Positions 28,226 to 36,595 of a stretch of 64,000 nucleotides of DNA are shown one piece after another. The notes beneath the pieces are model-generated. The model made no database searches and was not told where the DNA came from. It worked only from the letters and a program-made list of their open reading frames with translations. The position numbers and the translations under genes were made by a program. The DNA comes from an uncultured Candidatus Saccharibacteria bacterium (GTDB lineage Bacteria; Patescibacteriota; Doudnabacteria; UBA920). The first letter of the stretch is position 1. The number at the start of each line of letters is the position of its first letter. The DNA lies in NCBI GenBank assembly GCA_964520505.1, contig CAZFQP010000002.1:26804-90803 (forward strand), in the 5' to 3' direction.

Positions 28226-29311
28226 ATGAGCTTTCAAATCGGCATCGTCGGCCTGCCTAATGTCGGCAAATCAACCCTATTTAATGCCATTACCAAAAGT
28301 AAGGTAGAAGCAGCCAACTACCCTTTTGCCACTATCGATCCTAATGTGGGAGTAGTCGCCGTGCCGGACGAACGCCTGGCCAAACTGGCAAAGTTAGAAA
28401 ATAGCGAAAAAATCGTCCCGACTACCATTGAATTTGTAGATATTGCCGGGTTGGTTAAAGGCGCCTCTACCGGCGAAGGTTTGGGTAATAAATTTTTAAG
28501 CCACATTCGCGAAGTGGACGCGATTTTGGAAGTGGTGCGCGTATTTGAAAATAAAGATATTATTCACGTAAACGGCTCGGTAGACCCGTCGCGCGATATG
28601 GAAACCATTGCCATAGAACTCCAACTGGCCGACCTGCAAAATGTGAATAATCGCCTAACAACCATAAACAAACAGGTAAAAAGCGGCGACCGAGACGCAA
28701 TTGTAAAAAAACAAGTTTTGGAAAAATATAAAGTGGCTTTGGAAAAAGGCGAAATGGCCGGCACTGTGCAGTTGACCGATGAAGAAAAAGAACACAGCAA
28801 AGAAATAATTTTGTTGACCAACAAACCGATGATGTATGTGGTAAACGACGAATTTAATTTGGAACAAAAAAAATTCGCGTCGGAAATTTCAAATTCTAAA
28901 TTTCAAATTTCAAATCCAATACCAATCGACGCAAAAATAGAAAGCGAACTGTCGGAACTGGACGACGCCGAAAGAGCGGATTATCTTAAAGAACTTGGAC
29001 TGCCCGAGTCAGGCTTAGACAAAATTATTAAACAAGCCTACAAAACTTTGGGACTAATTACCTTTATTACCGCCGGACCAAAAGAGTCCAAAGCCTGGAC
29101 CTGCCCGGCTGGTTTTAAGGCGCCTCAGGCCGCAGGAAAAATTCATACAGATTTTGAAAAAGGATTCATTCGCGCCGAAGTTATTCAATGGGATAAACTC
29201 CTGGAAGCCGGTGGTTACGGTGAAGCCAGAAATAAAGGCTGGCTTAGAACCGAAGGGAAAAATTACACCATCCAAGACGGCGACGTCGTCCACTTCCTGT
29301 TCAATGTGTAG
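28226..29311 (+). CDS. ychF: ribosome-binding ATPase YchF (Obg-family GTPase-like)
   Basis: 361 aa; 'GIVGLPNVGKSTLFNA' P-loop, TGS-like C-terminus 'KIHTDFEKGFIRAEV'; contains an in-frame AAATTTC heptamer array (encoding SEISNSKFQISN). Confidence 0.9.
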   Translation: MSFQIGIVGLPNVGKSTLFNAITKSKVEAANYPFATIDPNVGVVAVPDERLAKLAKLENSEKIVPTTIEFVDIAGLVKGASTGEGLGNKFLSHIREVDAILEVVRVFENKDIIHVNGSVDPSRDMETIAIELQLADLQNVNNRLTTINKQVKSGDRDAIVKKQVLEKYKVALEKGEMAGTVQLTDEEKEHSKEIILLTNKPMMYVVNDEFNLEQKKFASEISNSKFQISNPIPIDAKIESELSELDDAERADYLKELGLPESGLDKIIKQAYKTLGLITFITAGPKESKAWTCPAGFKAPQAAGKIHTDFEKGFIRAEVIQWDKLLEAGGYGEARNKGWLRTEGKNYTIQDGDVVHFLFNV

Positions 29312-29315
29312 TTTT

Positions 29316-29354
29316 CCCTCTCCCTGGACGGGAGAGGGATTAAGGGTGAGGGTG
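29316..29354. repeat. GC-rich hairpin repeat (left terminal inverted repeat of the DUF559 cassette; also the ychF terminator hairpin)
   Basis: CCCTCTCCC-TGGAC-GGGAGAGGG then ...GGGTGAGGGTG; reverse complement ~80% identical to 29696-29733. Confidence 0.6.
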
Positions 29355-29356
29355 AT

Positions 29357-29695
29357 ATGCAAAATAAAACACTCATTCCAATCGCTAGAAAACTTCGTAA
29401 ACAAAAAACCCCTGAAGAAGCTAATCTTTGGCAACTTTTGCGTTCCCGACGATTTCTAGGTTATAAATTTAGACGCCAATTTCCAGTTGATAAATATGTA
29501 GCAGATTTTGTCTGCCTCTCAAAAAGATTAATTATTGAATTGGATGGCGGACAACATAATAAAAACCCTAACGATGCAACTCGAGACGAATATCTACAAA
29601 AACAAGGATTTAGAATCCTGCGAATTTGGAATAATGATTTAAATATAAATAAAGAATCTGTCTTAGATAAAATTTTTTATACTTTGAACGAATAG
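29357..29695 (+). CDS. DUF559 (Vsr/MTES-like endonuclease fold) domain protein
   Basis: 112 aa; 'ANLWQLLRSRRFLGYKFRRQFPV..YVADFVC...IIELDGGQH' typical DUF559; AT-rich relative to its flanks. Confidence 0.75.
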   Translation: MQNKTLIPIARKLRKQKTPEEANLWQLLRSRRFLGYKFRRQFPVDKYVADFVCLSKRLIIELDGGQHNKNPNDATRDEYLQKQGFRILRIWNNDLNINKESVLDKIFYTLNE

Positions 29696-29733
29696 CACCC
29701 TCATCCCTGCCCTTCTCCCGTCCAGGGAGAAGG
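29696..29733. repeat. GC-rich hairpin repeat (right terminal inverted repeat of the DUF559 cassette)
   Basis: CACCCTCATCC-CTGC-CCTTCTCCC-GTCCA-GGGAGAAGG; shares the CACCCTCATCC 11-mer with 56720 upstream of tsaD. Confidence 0.6.
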
Positions 29734-29807
29734 ATGGGGCAAAAAACAAAAGACTCTTCCGAACATGGGAAGAGTCTCTTTTGAAAGCGCGCGAAACATT
29801 GCGCGGA

Positions 29808-30182
29808 TTATTGCGGGGTGCAGGGCACTGTTATGAATGTTGATACCACCGCGGGCCGGCCGCCAATTAAAGTTGGCCGATACCTCCAGGTGGTTAGCAC
29901 CAAGCGTTTGGCCTGAACAACCAACTGGCGAAACCGCGACTCGTTGTAGTTAGCATCCAAAGACCGCTGTTTAACTTCTTTAACAGCCACCACCTGGCCG
30001 TCTTCGCCAATATTAGCTCGCAAAATAACGCGAGCATTAGTGTCCGGACAAGCCGGAGAGCGAAGAATTCTCTGGTCTTTGGGAACCAGCAATCTCCCCT
30101 CTTCTTCCGGTCCGGAAACAAAACGCTGGCAAAAAGCCGCCGGCGCAAAAACCAACAGCAACAAAACAAACGCAACCTGCAT
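29808..30182 (-). CDS. secreted TonB C-terminal-domain-like protein (GC-rich cassette F)
   Basis: 124 aa; signal peptide; '..ARVILRANIGEDGQVVAVKEVK..SLD....WRYRPTLIGGRPAVVSTFITVP' resembles the TonB_C fold signature; GGAGG 6 nt upstream of the ATG. Confidence 0.45.
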   Translation of the reverse strand: MQVAFVLLLLVFAPAAFCQRFVSGPEEEGRLLVPKDQRILRSPACPDTNARVILRANIGEDGQVVAVKEVKQRSLDANYNESRFRQLVVQAKRLVLTTWRYRPTLIGGRPAVVSTFITVPCTPQ

Positions 30183-30463
30183 CTAATCCTCCACTCGAAA
30201 TTGGGGTATAAATTATTTTAGCATAAAAAAATGACCCCTCTTTTGAGGGGCATATAAAATTGATATTATTTAGTATATTATAGCACTTTTTAAGCTTTTT
30301 GTCAATCCTAGACAAAACCCCTTATAATTGCTATACTTTAACCACAATTTACACATTCATAGATTAATCAGCTTAATGCCAATCTGCGTTATCTGTGCCG
30401 TCTGTGCATTTGTAAACAATAATAATTCATATTCCCCTACGGGGGATAGAAAGGACACTTTCT

Positions 30464-30976
30464 ATGCCGCAATATGAGCTCATGTATTTGCTTGGCGCGC
30501 ATGTCGCCGACGACGAAGTGCCTAAAATTTCCGCGCAAATTGTAAAATTTGCCGAAGACTTTGGAGCCACTGACGTAAAAGAGACTCAATTAGGTAAGAA
30601 AAAATTAGCCTACCCTATTGGTAAAACCCGCAACGGACACTATGTTGTGGTCAATTTTGCTATGGATGGCAAAAACATTAACGCCTTCGATGCCAAAGTA
30701 CGCACTCAGGACACCAGCATTATTCGCTACCTGATTGTGAATTTGGACGAGCACTTGGCCAGATTGGAAAAGGACAAAGTTGCCCAATCCAAAATTGTGC
30801 GCAAGGGTCCTCCGGCCGAAACTCCAATCGGCAGTTCTCCGGTTGAAGCCGTAATGGAAAAAGCTCCTCGCGCTAAAGCTCCGGCTAAAAAAGCCGCTCC
30901 GGTCTTAACGGAAATCAACCAGGAAGAGCTGGACAAAAAGATCGAAGAAGCCTTGAGTGAAGATTTAACCAAATAA
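30464..30976 (+). CDS. rpsF: 30S ribosomal protein S6 with C-terminal extension
   Basis: 170 aa; 'YELMYLL...KLAYPI.K...GHYVVVNF' S6 core. Confidence 0.85.
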   Translation: MPQYELMYLLGAHVADDEVPKISAQIVKFAEDFGATDVKETQLGKKKLAYPIGKTRNGHYVVVNFAMDGKNINAFDAKVRTQDTSIIRYLIVNLDEHLARLEKDKVAQSKIVRKGPPAETPIGSSPVEAVMEKAPRAKAPAKKAAPVLTEINQEELDKKIEEALSEDLTK

Positions 30977-31094
30977 TTAAATATAATCCGAATACTGCGA
31001 ATACTGGAAATCCGAATTATCCGAAATCTGCAGCACTCTTTCGGGGCATTAGGATAGCTATTCGGGGCATTAGGATTATACAATTAGTAAATAT

Positions 31095-31604
31095 ATGGAC
31101 TTAAATAAAGTTATGATCATCGGGCGGCTGACTCGCGACCCGGAATTGCGCACCACGCCTTCCGGCGTCAATGTCTGCCAAGTAGGAATTGCCACTTCTT
31201 ATGTTTACACCAATCAGCAAACCGGCCAGAAGGTGGAACAAACCGAATTCCATAACGTCGTGCTCTGGAGAAAACTTGGCGAGATTGCCAACCAGTACCT
31301 AAAAAAAGGCACGCAAGTCTTTATTGAAGGCCGTTTACAAACCCGCAGCTGGGACGGTAAAGATGGCGCCAAACGCTATCGCACCGAAATTGTAGCCGAC
31401 AATATGATAATGCTCGGCAGGCCATCCGGCGCCACCGGATCGGCCCAGACAGGCTCTTACTCCCCTGCCTCAAACAACAGCCCCGCTCAAACTTCCCAGG
31501 CTGCCGCTCCGGTGCAGGATTATCCCGCCCCCGGCGCTCCAGCTGAAGAGCTCCCAACTATTGTCCAAGGTGAAGACATTAACGTAGAAGACATACCTTT
31601 TTAA
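31095..31604 (+). CDS. ssb: single-stranded DNA-binding protein
   Basis: 169 aa; OB fold 'NKVMIIGRLTRDPELR', Gln/Pro-rich linker and acidic C-terminal 'DIPF' tip. Confidence 0.9.
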   Translation: MDLNKVMIIGRLTRDPELRTTPSGVNVCQVGIATSYVYTNQQTGQKVEQTEFHNVVLWRKLGEIANQYLKKGTQVFIEGRLQTRSWDGKDGAKRYRTEIVADNMIMLGRPSGATGSAQTGSYSPASNNSPAQTSQAAAPVQDYPAPGAPAEELPTIVQGEDINVEDIPF

Positions 31605-31620
31605 ACCAAGTATAAAAAGG

Positions 31621-31716
31621 AAATTAAAATGCAAAAATCAAAGTGTAAAATTATTGAGTCCGCCTTCGGCGGACACCTACATTTTTAATTTTGATATTTA
31701 AACTTTAAAATATTTT
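31621..31716 (+). repeat. ~95-bp terminator-plus-promoter module, copy 1 (between ssb and rpsR)
   Basis: ~75% identical to 31953-32049; GC hairpin GTCCGCCTTCGGCGGAC plus T-run, then TTGATATTTAAACTTTA directly before the ATG. Confidence 0.6.
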
Positions 31717-31950
31717 ATGAGACCACAAAGAGACAGCCAACCACAAGTTAAGAAGCAGTGTTATTTCTGCTCCAACAAAATTTCCACGGTGGACTATAAA
31801 GACACGGTGACTTTACGCCGCTTTATGTCCCCGCACGCGAAAATTTTAAACCACAACCGCACAGGCACTTGCCCAAAGCACCAAAGATTAGTGACCAAGT
31901 CACTAAAGCAGGCCAGACACATGGCCTTGTTGCCTTTTGTAGCAGCCTAA
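31717..31950 (+). CDS. rpsR: 30S ribosomal protein S18
   Basis: 77 aa; 'DYKD...LRRFMS..AKIL.HNRTG.C.KHQR.L...LK.AR.MALLP'. Confidence 0.9.
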   Translation: MRPQRDSQPQVKKQCYFCSNKISTVDYKDTVTLRRFMSPHAKILNHNRTGTCPKHQRLVTKSLKQARHMALLPFVAA

Positions 31951-31952
31951 CA

Positions 31953-32049
31953 AAATTAAAATTGAAAAATCAAAATGTAAAATTACAGATTCCGCCTCCG
32001 GCGGAAACCTATATTTTGCACTTTGATATTTAAACTTTACAATTTCACT
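31953..32049 (+). repeat. ~95-bp terminator-plus-promoter module, copy 2 (between rpsR and efp)
   Basis: hairpin TTCCGCCTCCGGCGGAA plus T-run, then TTGATATTTAAACTTTA. Confidence 0.6.
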
Positions 32050-32610
32050 ATGGATTTAAACGATCTAAAAGTTGGAACAATTATCCTCTGGGAAAAACAA
32101 CCGGTACAGGTAATTTGGTCCAACCGTATGCGCACCGCGCAAAGAAAACCCGTTATGCAGACCAAACTGCGCAACGTCATTACCGGCAAAGTCTATGAAT
32201 ACTCCTTTAAGTTCGGCGAAAGCATAGACGAAGCCGATGTTGTCCGAGAAAAGGCTAACTTCCTTTACACCGACGATTCCGGCACCCACTTTATGAACCA
32301 GGAAACTTTTGAGACTACAGATATTCCTAAAGAAGTGACGCTAGAGCAGGAAAAGTTTTTGAAGGAAGGGATGGAAATTCAGATTTTAAAATTTAACGGC
32401 AACCCCGTCTCCATCGAACTGCCGATTAAAATTGAACTTAAAGTCACCGAGGCTCCGCCCGACACCAAAGGCAACAGCGGCGGCAACGTTACCAAGCCGG
32501 TCATTTTAGAAACCGGCCTGACGGTTAACGCTCCAATGTTTATAAAAGAAGGCGACATCCTACGCATAGACACCCGCAGCGGCGAATACGTAGAACGCGC
32601 TTCGCAGTAA
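32050..32610 (+). CDS. efp: elongation factor P
   Basis: ~186 aa from the ATG at 32050 (ORF-track start at 32023 is probably too far upstream); KOW/OB domains and conserved Lys loop 'MRTAQRKPVMQTKLRN'. Confidence 0.85.
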   Translation: MDLNDLKVGTIILWEKQPVQVIWSNRMRTAQRKPVMQTKLRNVITGKVYEYSFKFGESIDEADVVREKANFLYTDDSGTHFMNQETFETTDIPKEVTLEQEKFLKEGMEIQILKFNGNPVSIELPIKIELKVTEAPPDTKGNSGGNVTKPVILETGLTVNAPMFIKEGDILRIDTRSGEYVERASQ

Positions 32611-32632
32611 ATTACAGATATCAACCATTTTT

Positions 32633-32664
32633 AAACCCCGTTCCGCGAATTGCGGAACGGGGTT
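32633..32664. terminator. bidirectional terminator between efp and the surface-protein operon
   Basis: AAACCCCGTTCCGC-GAAT-TGCGGAACGGGGTTT. Confidence 0.7.
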
Positions 32665-32679
32665 TAAAAATATAACCAA

Positions 32680-33636
32680 TTACTGGCCTGATTTATTATA
32701 ATTATTTTTTAAAATTGCAAAATCAAAGGAGTTAATTATCCCGTCTTTATTTATATCCGCCTGACTAAAATTTTGATTGTAATGAGAATTTAAAATAGAA
32801 TAATCCAGCGAATTAATTGTATTGTCGTCATTAAAATCGCCGGCTTTAAAGTTTCCCACTGTTAGCGCAGTTCCGCTGTTAACTTGTGTGTCAATATTGG
32901 ACAATTTAGAAGCAAGATACCCAACCGGCTTTATTCTAATATTTACCAATTGAGGATCAGAACTTAAAAAAGATACTACATAATTACCCTGGGCATCTTG
33001 GGTTAGTCCGGTTTGAGTTTCTAAAACACTATTTGCGGTAGATAGGACTGTTGCGGTCATAGCCAACCCTGACGGAACCGCACTCAATCCCTCCACGGAA
33101 GTAATATTTATTTTTCTGGGAAATTTGGATGTTGGCGCCGGAATATTTACAGTAATGCTGGAATTAGCGGTGTTAGTTACAACCGGATATCCGTCCGCAT
33201 CTGAAGATATCGCGGCGGATAATTGAATCGGGATTGACGTATTGGTAACGGAATTACTTACAGTAAAAGTTAAAATTGACAGAACACCGCTGCTAATAAT
33301 ATTGGCGTTTGTTCCGTAAACTAAACAACGGAAGTCTCCGGCTGAAACCATATTACAAGACGTGGTCTTACCGGCCGCGGTGGCAACTGCTCCGTTAGCT
33401 GCAGTGACATTGGTAATATCGCCGCTGTTAAACAACAAGTCCCACTGGACGCCAGCCACATTGGTTGAAACTTGCGAAACGTCTATACTCAAATTCAAAT
33501 TAACCGACCCTCCGGGGTTAGTAGTCGCTGTATTTAAAGACAGCGAAGCGGCATCAGCCGCAAAAACGATGCTGGTGCGCTCGATGTTGACTAAAAAAAT
33601 ACTAACAATTAGCAAAAAGACTTTGATTTTTTTCAT
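32680..33636 (-). CDS. secreted protein: N-terminal cohesin-like domain + C-terminal dockerin
   Basis: 318 aa; signal peptide; N-terminal domain with a cohesin-like pattern (..NLNLSIDVSQ..VAGVQWDLLFNSG...SGVLSILTFTV..TSIPIQLSA..SDADGYPV); C-terminal two-repeat dockerin 'GDFNDDNTINSLDYSIL...ADINKDGIINSFDFAIL'. Confidence 0.6.
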   Translation of the reverse strand: MKKIKVFLLIVSIFLVNIERTSIVFAADAASLSLNTATTNPGGSVNLNLSIDVSQVSTNVAGVQWDLLFNSGDITNVTAANGAVATAAGKTTSCNMVSAGDFRCLVYGTNANIISSGVLSILTFTVSNSVTNTSIPIQLSAAISSDADGYPVVTNTANSSITVNIPAPTSKFPRKINITSVEGLSAVPSGLAMTATVLSTANSVLETQTGLTQDAQGNYVVSFLSSDPQLVNIRIKPVGYLASKLSNIDTQVNSGTALTVGNFKAGDFNDDNTINSLDYSILNSHYNQNFSQADINKDGIINSFDFAILKNNYNKSGQ

Positions 33637-33654
33637 ATTTATTTTAATTTTAAA

Positions 33655-36543
33655 CTAATTATTAAACGGGAACCAGGGCATTGGCGGAATAAAACCGCCT
33701 TTATTCTGGCTTAAAAAGCTAGTTAAATTATTTACCCAGTCACTATTTGGAATTGTTGGTTGAGACGGAAATAACACCGGCGGGTTATTTATTGTGGAAC
33801 CGGTATTGTTTACCGAATAATAATTATAATTGCATGAATAGTTTACGCATGAGTTAACGGTAATATTATTTACCTGTGGATTGTTATATACAGGGGGGAC
33901 CGGATTTGGATTAGGGTTAGGGTTGTTGTTGGATGGAGCCTGGGGGATAATTACTGTATTACTAGTTAATAACATACCACAAGCAAGGTCATACATATAG
34001 AAAGTATGACTGGAGCCGGGAACCAAATTGTCTACCCTAATAGTTCCGCCGGAAGTGCCTGAGCCAACTACACTCGCAGACCCATCTTGGGTGATTTTTA
34101 TTTGATTGCTATTTGTGGAAGTCCAAGATACGGTAACAGAAAAATTTGTACCATTCCAAACAGCGGGTAAAAAATTAATAGCAAAATTTCCGCTAATAAA
34201 ACACTGTCCGCTAGGCGATGAGTTCACCACTACTCCGCACTGGGCGGTTTGACCGTCACCGCTGGTCACCTGAACTGTTTTGTTCCCGGCTGAAGGATAA
34301 TAAGTAACAAATGAACCTCCACTACCTGCGGCAGGGATACCATTGCCATTCCAGGTATAACTTCCTAACCCTCCTGTGGCAGAAAAAACAACCGCCTGAT
34401 TAACATTTACATTGGCAGATGAAGCAGTGCAGGATAAATTTGGATTGGTTTCGGGCATGTTCACCACTACTCCGCACTGGGCGGTTTGACCGTCACCGCT
34501 GGTCACCTGAACTGTTTTGTTCCCGGCTGAAGGATAAACAGTGCTAAAATTATTCCCGTTGCCGCTTGTCGGAAATCCTCCGCCTGTCCAAGAATACGGA
34601 GCACTGCCACCATTCGCGGCAAAACTGACTGTGGTATTAACATTTACATTGGCAGATGAAGCAGTGCAGGATAAATTTGGGTTAGCTTCAGGTATATTAA
34701 CAGACACTGTGCTTAATAATTGGCCGCAGGAAACATCTGACATTTGAAACGTGTAAGAGTGCCCCGGTAATAAATTACCCACCTCTTGGCTACCGGAAGC
34801 GCTGCCGGCAATCACAACCGTGGCAGAAGATCCGCCAGACTGAATTATTTTTATTTGATGTTCCCCTGAGGAAGACCAAGAAAGATTAACAGTATAAAAT
34901 GAACCGTGTTTTACCGGAGCCGATGCTGTTATAGATGAATTAATATTAGGCTCGCAGACAGGAACATTCACCACTACTCCGCACTGGGCGGTTTGACCGT
35001 CACCGCTGGTCACCTGAACTGTTTTGTTCCCGGCTGAAGGATAAACAGTGCTAAAATTATTCCCGTTGCCGCTTGTCGGAAATCCTCCGCCTGTCCAAGA
35101 ATACGGAGCACTGCCACCATTCGCGGCAAAACTGACTGTGGTATTAACATTTACATTGGCAGATGAAGCAGTGCAGGATAAATTTGGATAACTTGGCTGT
35201 TGTACCACCAAACTGCAATTGGCTGTCTTGCCGCCACTTAGCACAGTCGCCGTATAGTTTCCTGGATTAGAAAAAATTGTATTAAATGTTTTTCCGTTAA
35301 AACTAGTAACAGAACCGCCGCTTACAGTCCAAACAAAATTTTGTCCATCGCCTCCACCAGCAGTAAAAACAACCGAACTGTTAATTTGCGCCGGGGAAGG
35401 AGAAACCGAGCAGGATAAATCCTGCGTCTGTGTTACAACTACTATTTGCGGACAAGCAACTGTTTGGCCACCGCTAATTAACTGCACTGCATAACTACCA
35501 GCTGCGCCAAAAGCCGTATAAAAAGAACTGCTCGAACTTTCAGCTTGAGAAGCTGGATTACCTCCTGCAGCTGCCCAGGCATATTGCCCATTTCCACCGC
35601 TGGCGACAAATCTTATTACCTGATTAATGTTAATTGTAGAATCACCGGAATATTGACAAACCGGCTGTGCCACAGCATTATTATTGACATTAAATGAGAT
35701 GGCAACAGAATGACTGATGTTGCCTTGGGAATCTACGGCTTGTGCCATTAAAATGTGAGCCCCGTTGGCAACTGATTTAGAATCCCAAGACAAAGCATAA
35801 GGCGACTCGGTAACGGTTCCTAATAAAATATTGGTATCTAAATAAAATTTAACATTGGAAATACTTCCGGAAGCAGCAGAAGCGGTTGCAGACAAAATTA
35901 CATTGGAACCTGAGGCCGTAACTCCGGCAGCTGGAGAAACAATGGCCACTGTCGGCGGAGTATTATTCACCACAGTTTGCAAAGTAATAGTTCCGTCACT
36001 GGCGCTCATTGGCAAAGCAGAACCATCGGGATCCGAAGCAGACAAACCAGAAAATTTTAAATCAATAACAGGACCGGTAGCGGCATTGCTTAATTTTACA
36101 GTAACTGTGCCTAATGTCCCCTTGGTAATCGTGTTTGTATTTAAACCGAACACCACACAACGAAAAACTCCGGCTGAAAGAGCAGAACAGCTGGCTGACT
36201 TACCTGCATCCTTAATTGCTTGACCATCCCCTTTCCAGGTAATAGAAGAAATTTGCCCGGAATTATAATTAATATCCCACTGTATGGAAGCCGGCTGCTT
36301 GGAAGAGCCGGAAGGATCAATAGACAAATTTAAATCTATGGAATCTCCCGGTTTTGCTGAAGTTGCGGAGTCAATCTTTATTAAAACTGCATTATCAGCT
36401 TGTGCTAAAGAAAAAAGAGCAAAACCGCGGTCAAATAAAAATGCCGCGCTTATCCCTAACAACAAAAAAAATAAAATGTTTCTCTTATTTGGCTCAAAAA
36501 AATATTTTAATACCCGGTTTAAATTCATAAAATTCTTTTTCAA
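33655..36543 (-). CDS. large secreted/anchored protein: cohesin-like domain + multiple PKD-like repeats + Asn/Pro-rich tail
   Basis: 962 aa. An N-terminal TM/signal is followed by a domain homologous to the 32680-33636 N-terminal domain. There are at least 5 PKD-like ~75-aa repeats ('PYSWTGGGFP...TVYPSAGNKTVQVTSGDGQTAQ'), three of them near-identical at the nucleotide level. Confidence 0.6.
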   Translation of the reverse strand: MKKNFMNLNRVLKYFFEPNKRNILFFLLLGISAAFLFDRGFALFSLAQADNAVLIKIDSATSAKPGDSIDLNLSIDPSGSSKQPASIQWDINYNSGQISSITWKGDGQAIKDAGKSASCSALSAGVFRCVVFGLNTNTITKGTLGTVTVKLSNAATGPVIDLKFSGLSASDPDGSALPMSASDGTITLQTVVNNTPPTVAIVSPAAGVTASGSNVILSATASAASGSISNVKFYLDTNILLGTVTESPYALSWDSKSVANGAHILMAQAVDSQGNISHSVAISFNVNNNAVAQPVCQYSGDSTININQVIRFVASGGNGQYAWAAAGGNPASQAESSSSSFYTAFGAAGSYAVQLISGGQTVACPQIVVVTQTQDLSCSVSPSPAQINSSVVFTAGGGDGQNFVWTVSGGSVTSFNGKTFNTIFSNPGNYTATVLSGGKTANCSLVVQQPSYPNLSCTASSANVNVNTTVSFAANGGSAPYSWTGGGFPTSGNGNNFSTVYPSAGNKTVQVTSGDGQTAQCGVVVNVPVCEPNINSSITASAPVKHGSFYTVNLSWSSSGEHQIKIIQSGGSSATVVIAGSASGSQEVGNLLPGHSYTFQMSDVSCGQLLSTVSVNIPEANPNLSCTASSANVNVNTTVSFAANGGSAPYSWTGGGFPTSGNGNNFSTVYPSAGNKTVQVTSGDGQTAQCGVVVNMPETNPNLSCTASSANVNVNQAVVFSATGGLGSYTWNGNGIPAAGSGGSFVTYYPSAGNKTVQVTSGDGQTAQCGVVVNSSPSGQCFISGNFAINFLPAVWNGTNFSVTVSWTSTNSNQIKITQDGSASVVGSGTSGGTIRVDNLVPGSSHTFYMYDLACGMLLTSNTVIIPQAPSNNNPNPNPNPVPPVYNNPQVNNITVNSCVNYSCNYNYYSVNNTGSTINNPPVLFPSQPTIPNSDWVNNLTSFLSQNKGGFIPPMPWFPFNN

Positions 36544-36595
36544 TTATAAAGACTCCTTGGCTTGGGAAGTTATTTGAAGATAATTTCCACTCGCT

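Noticed and set aside
28884-28916. Interpretation of the ychF and valS 'QISN' tracts as clean insertions
   Set aside because: Manual alignment to E. coli YchF and ValRS shows that the tracts occupy variable loops with little net length change, so I describe them as shared repeat tracts rather than simple insertions. The tsaD, rluD and trmD cases do look like net insertions.
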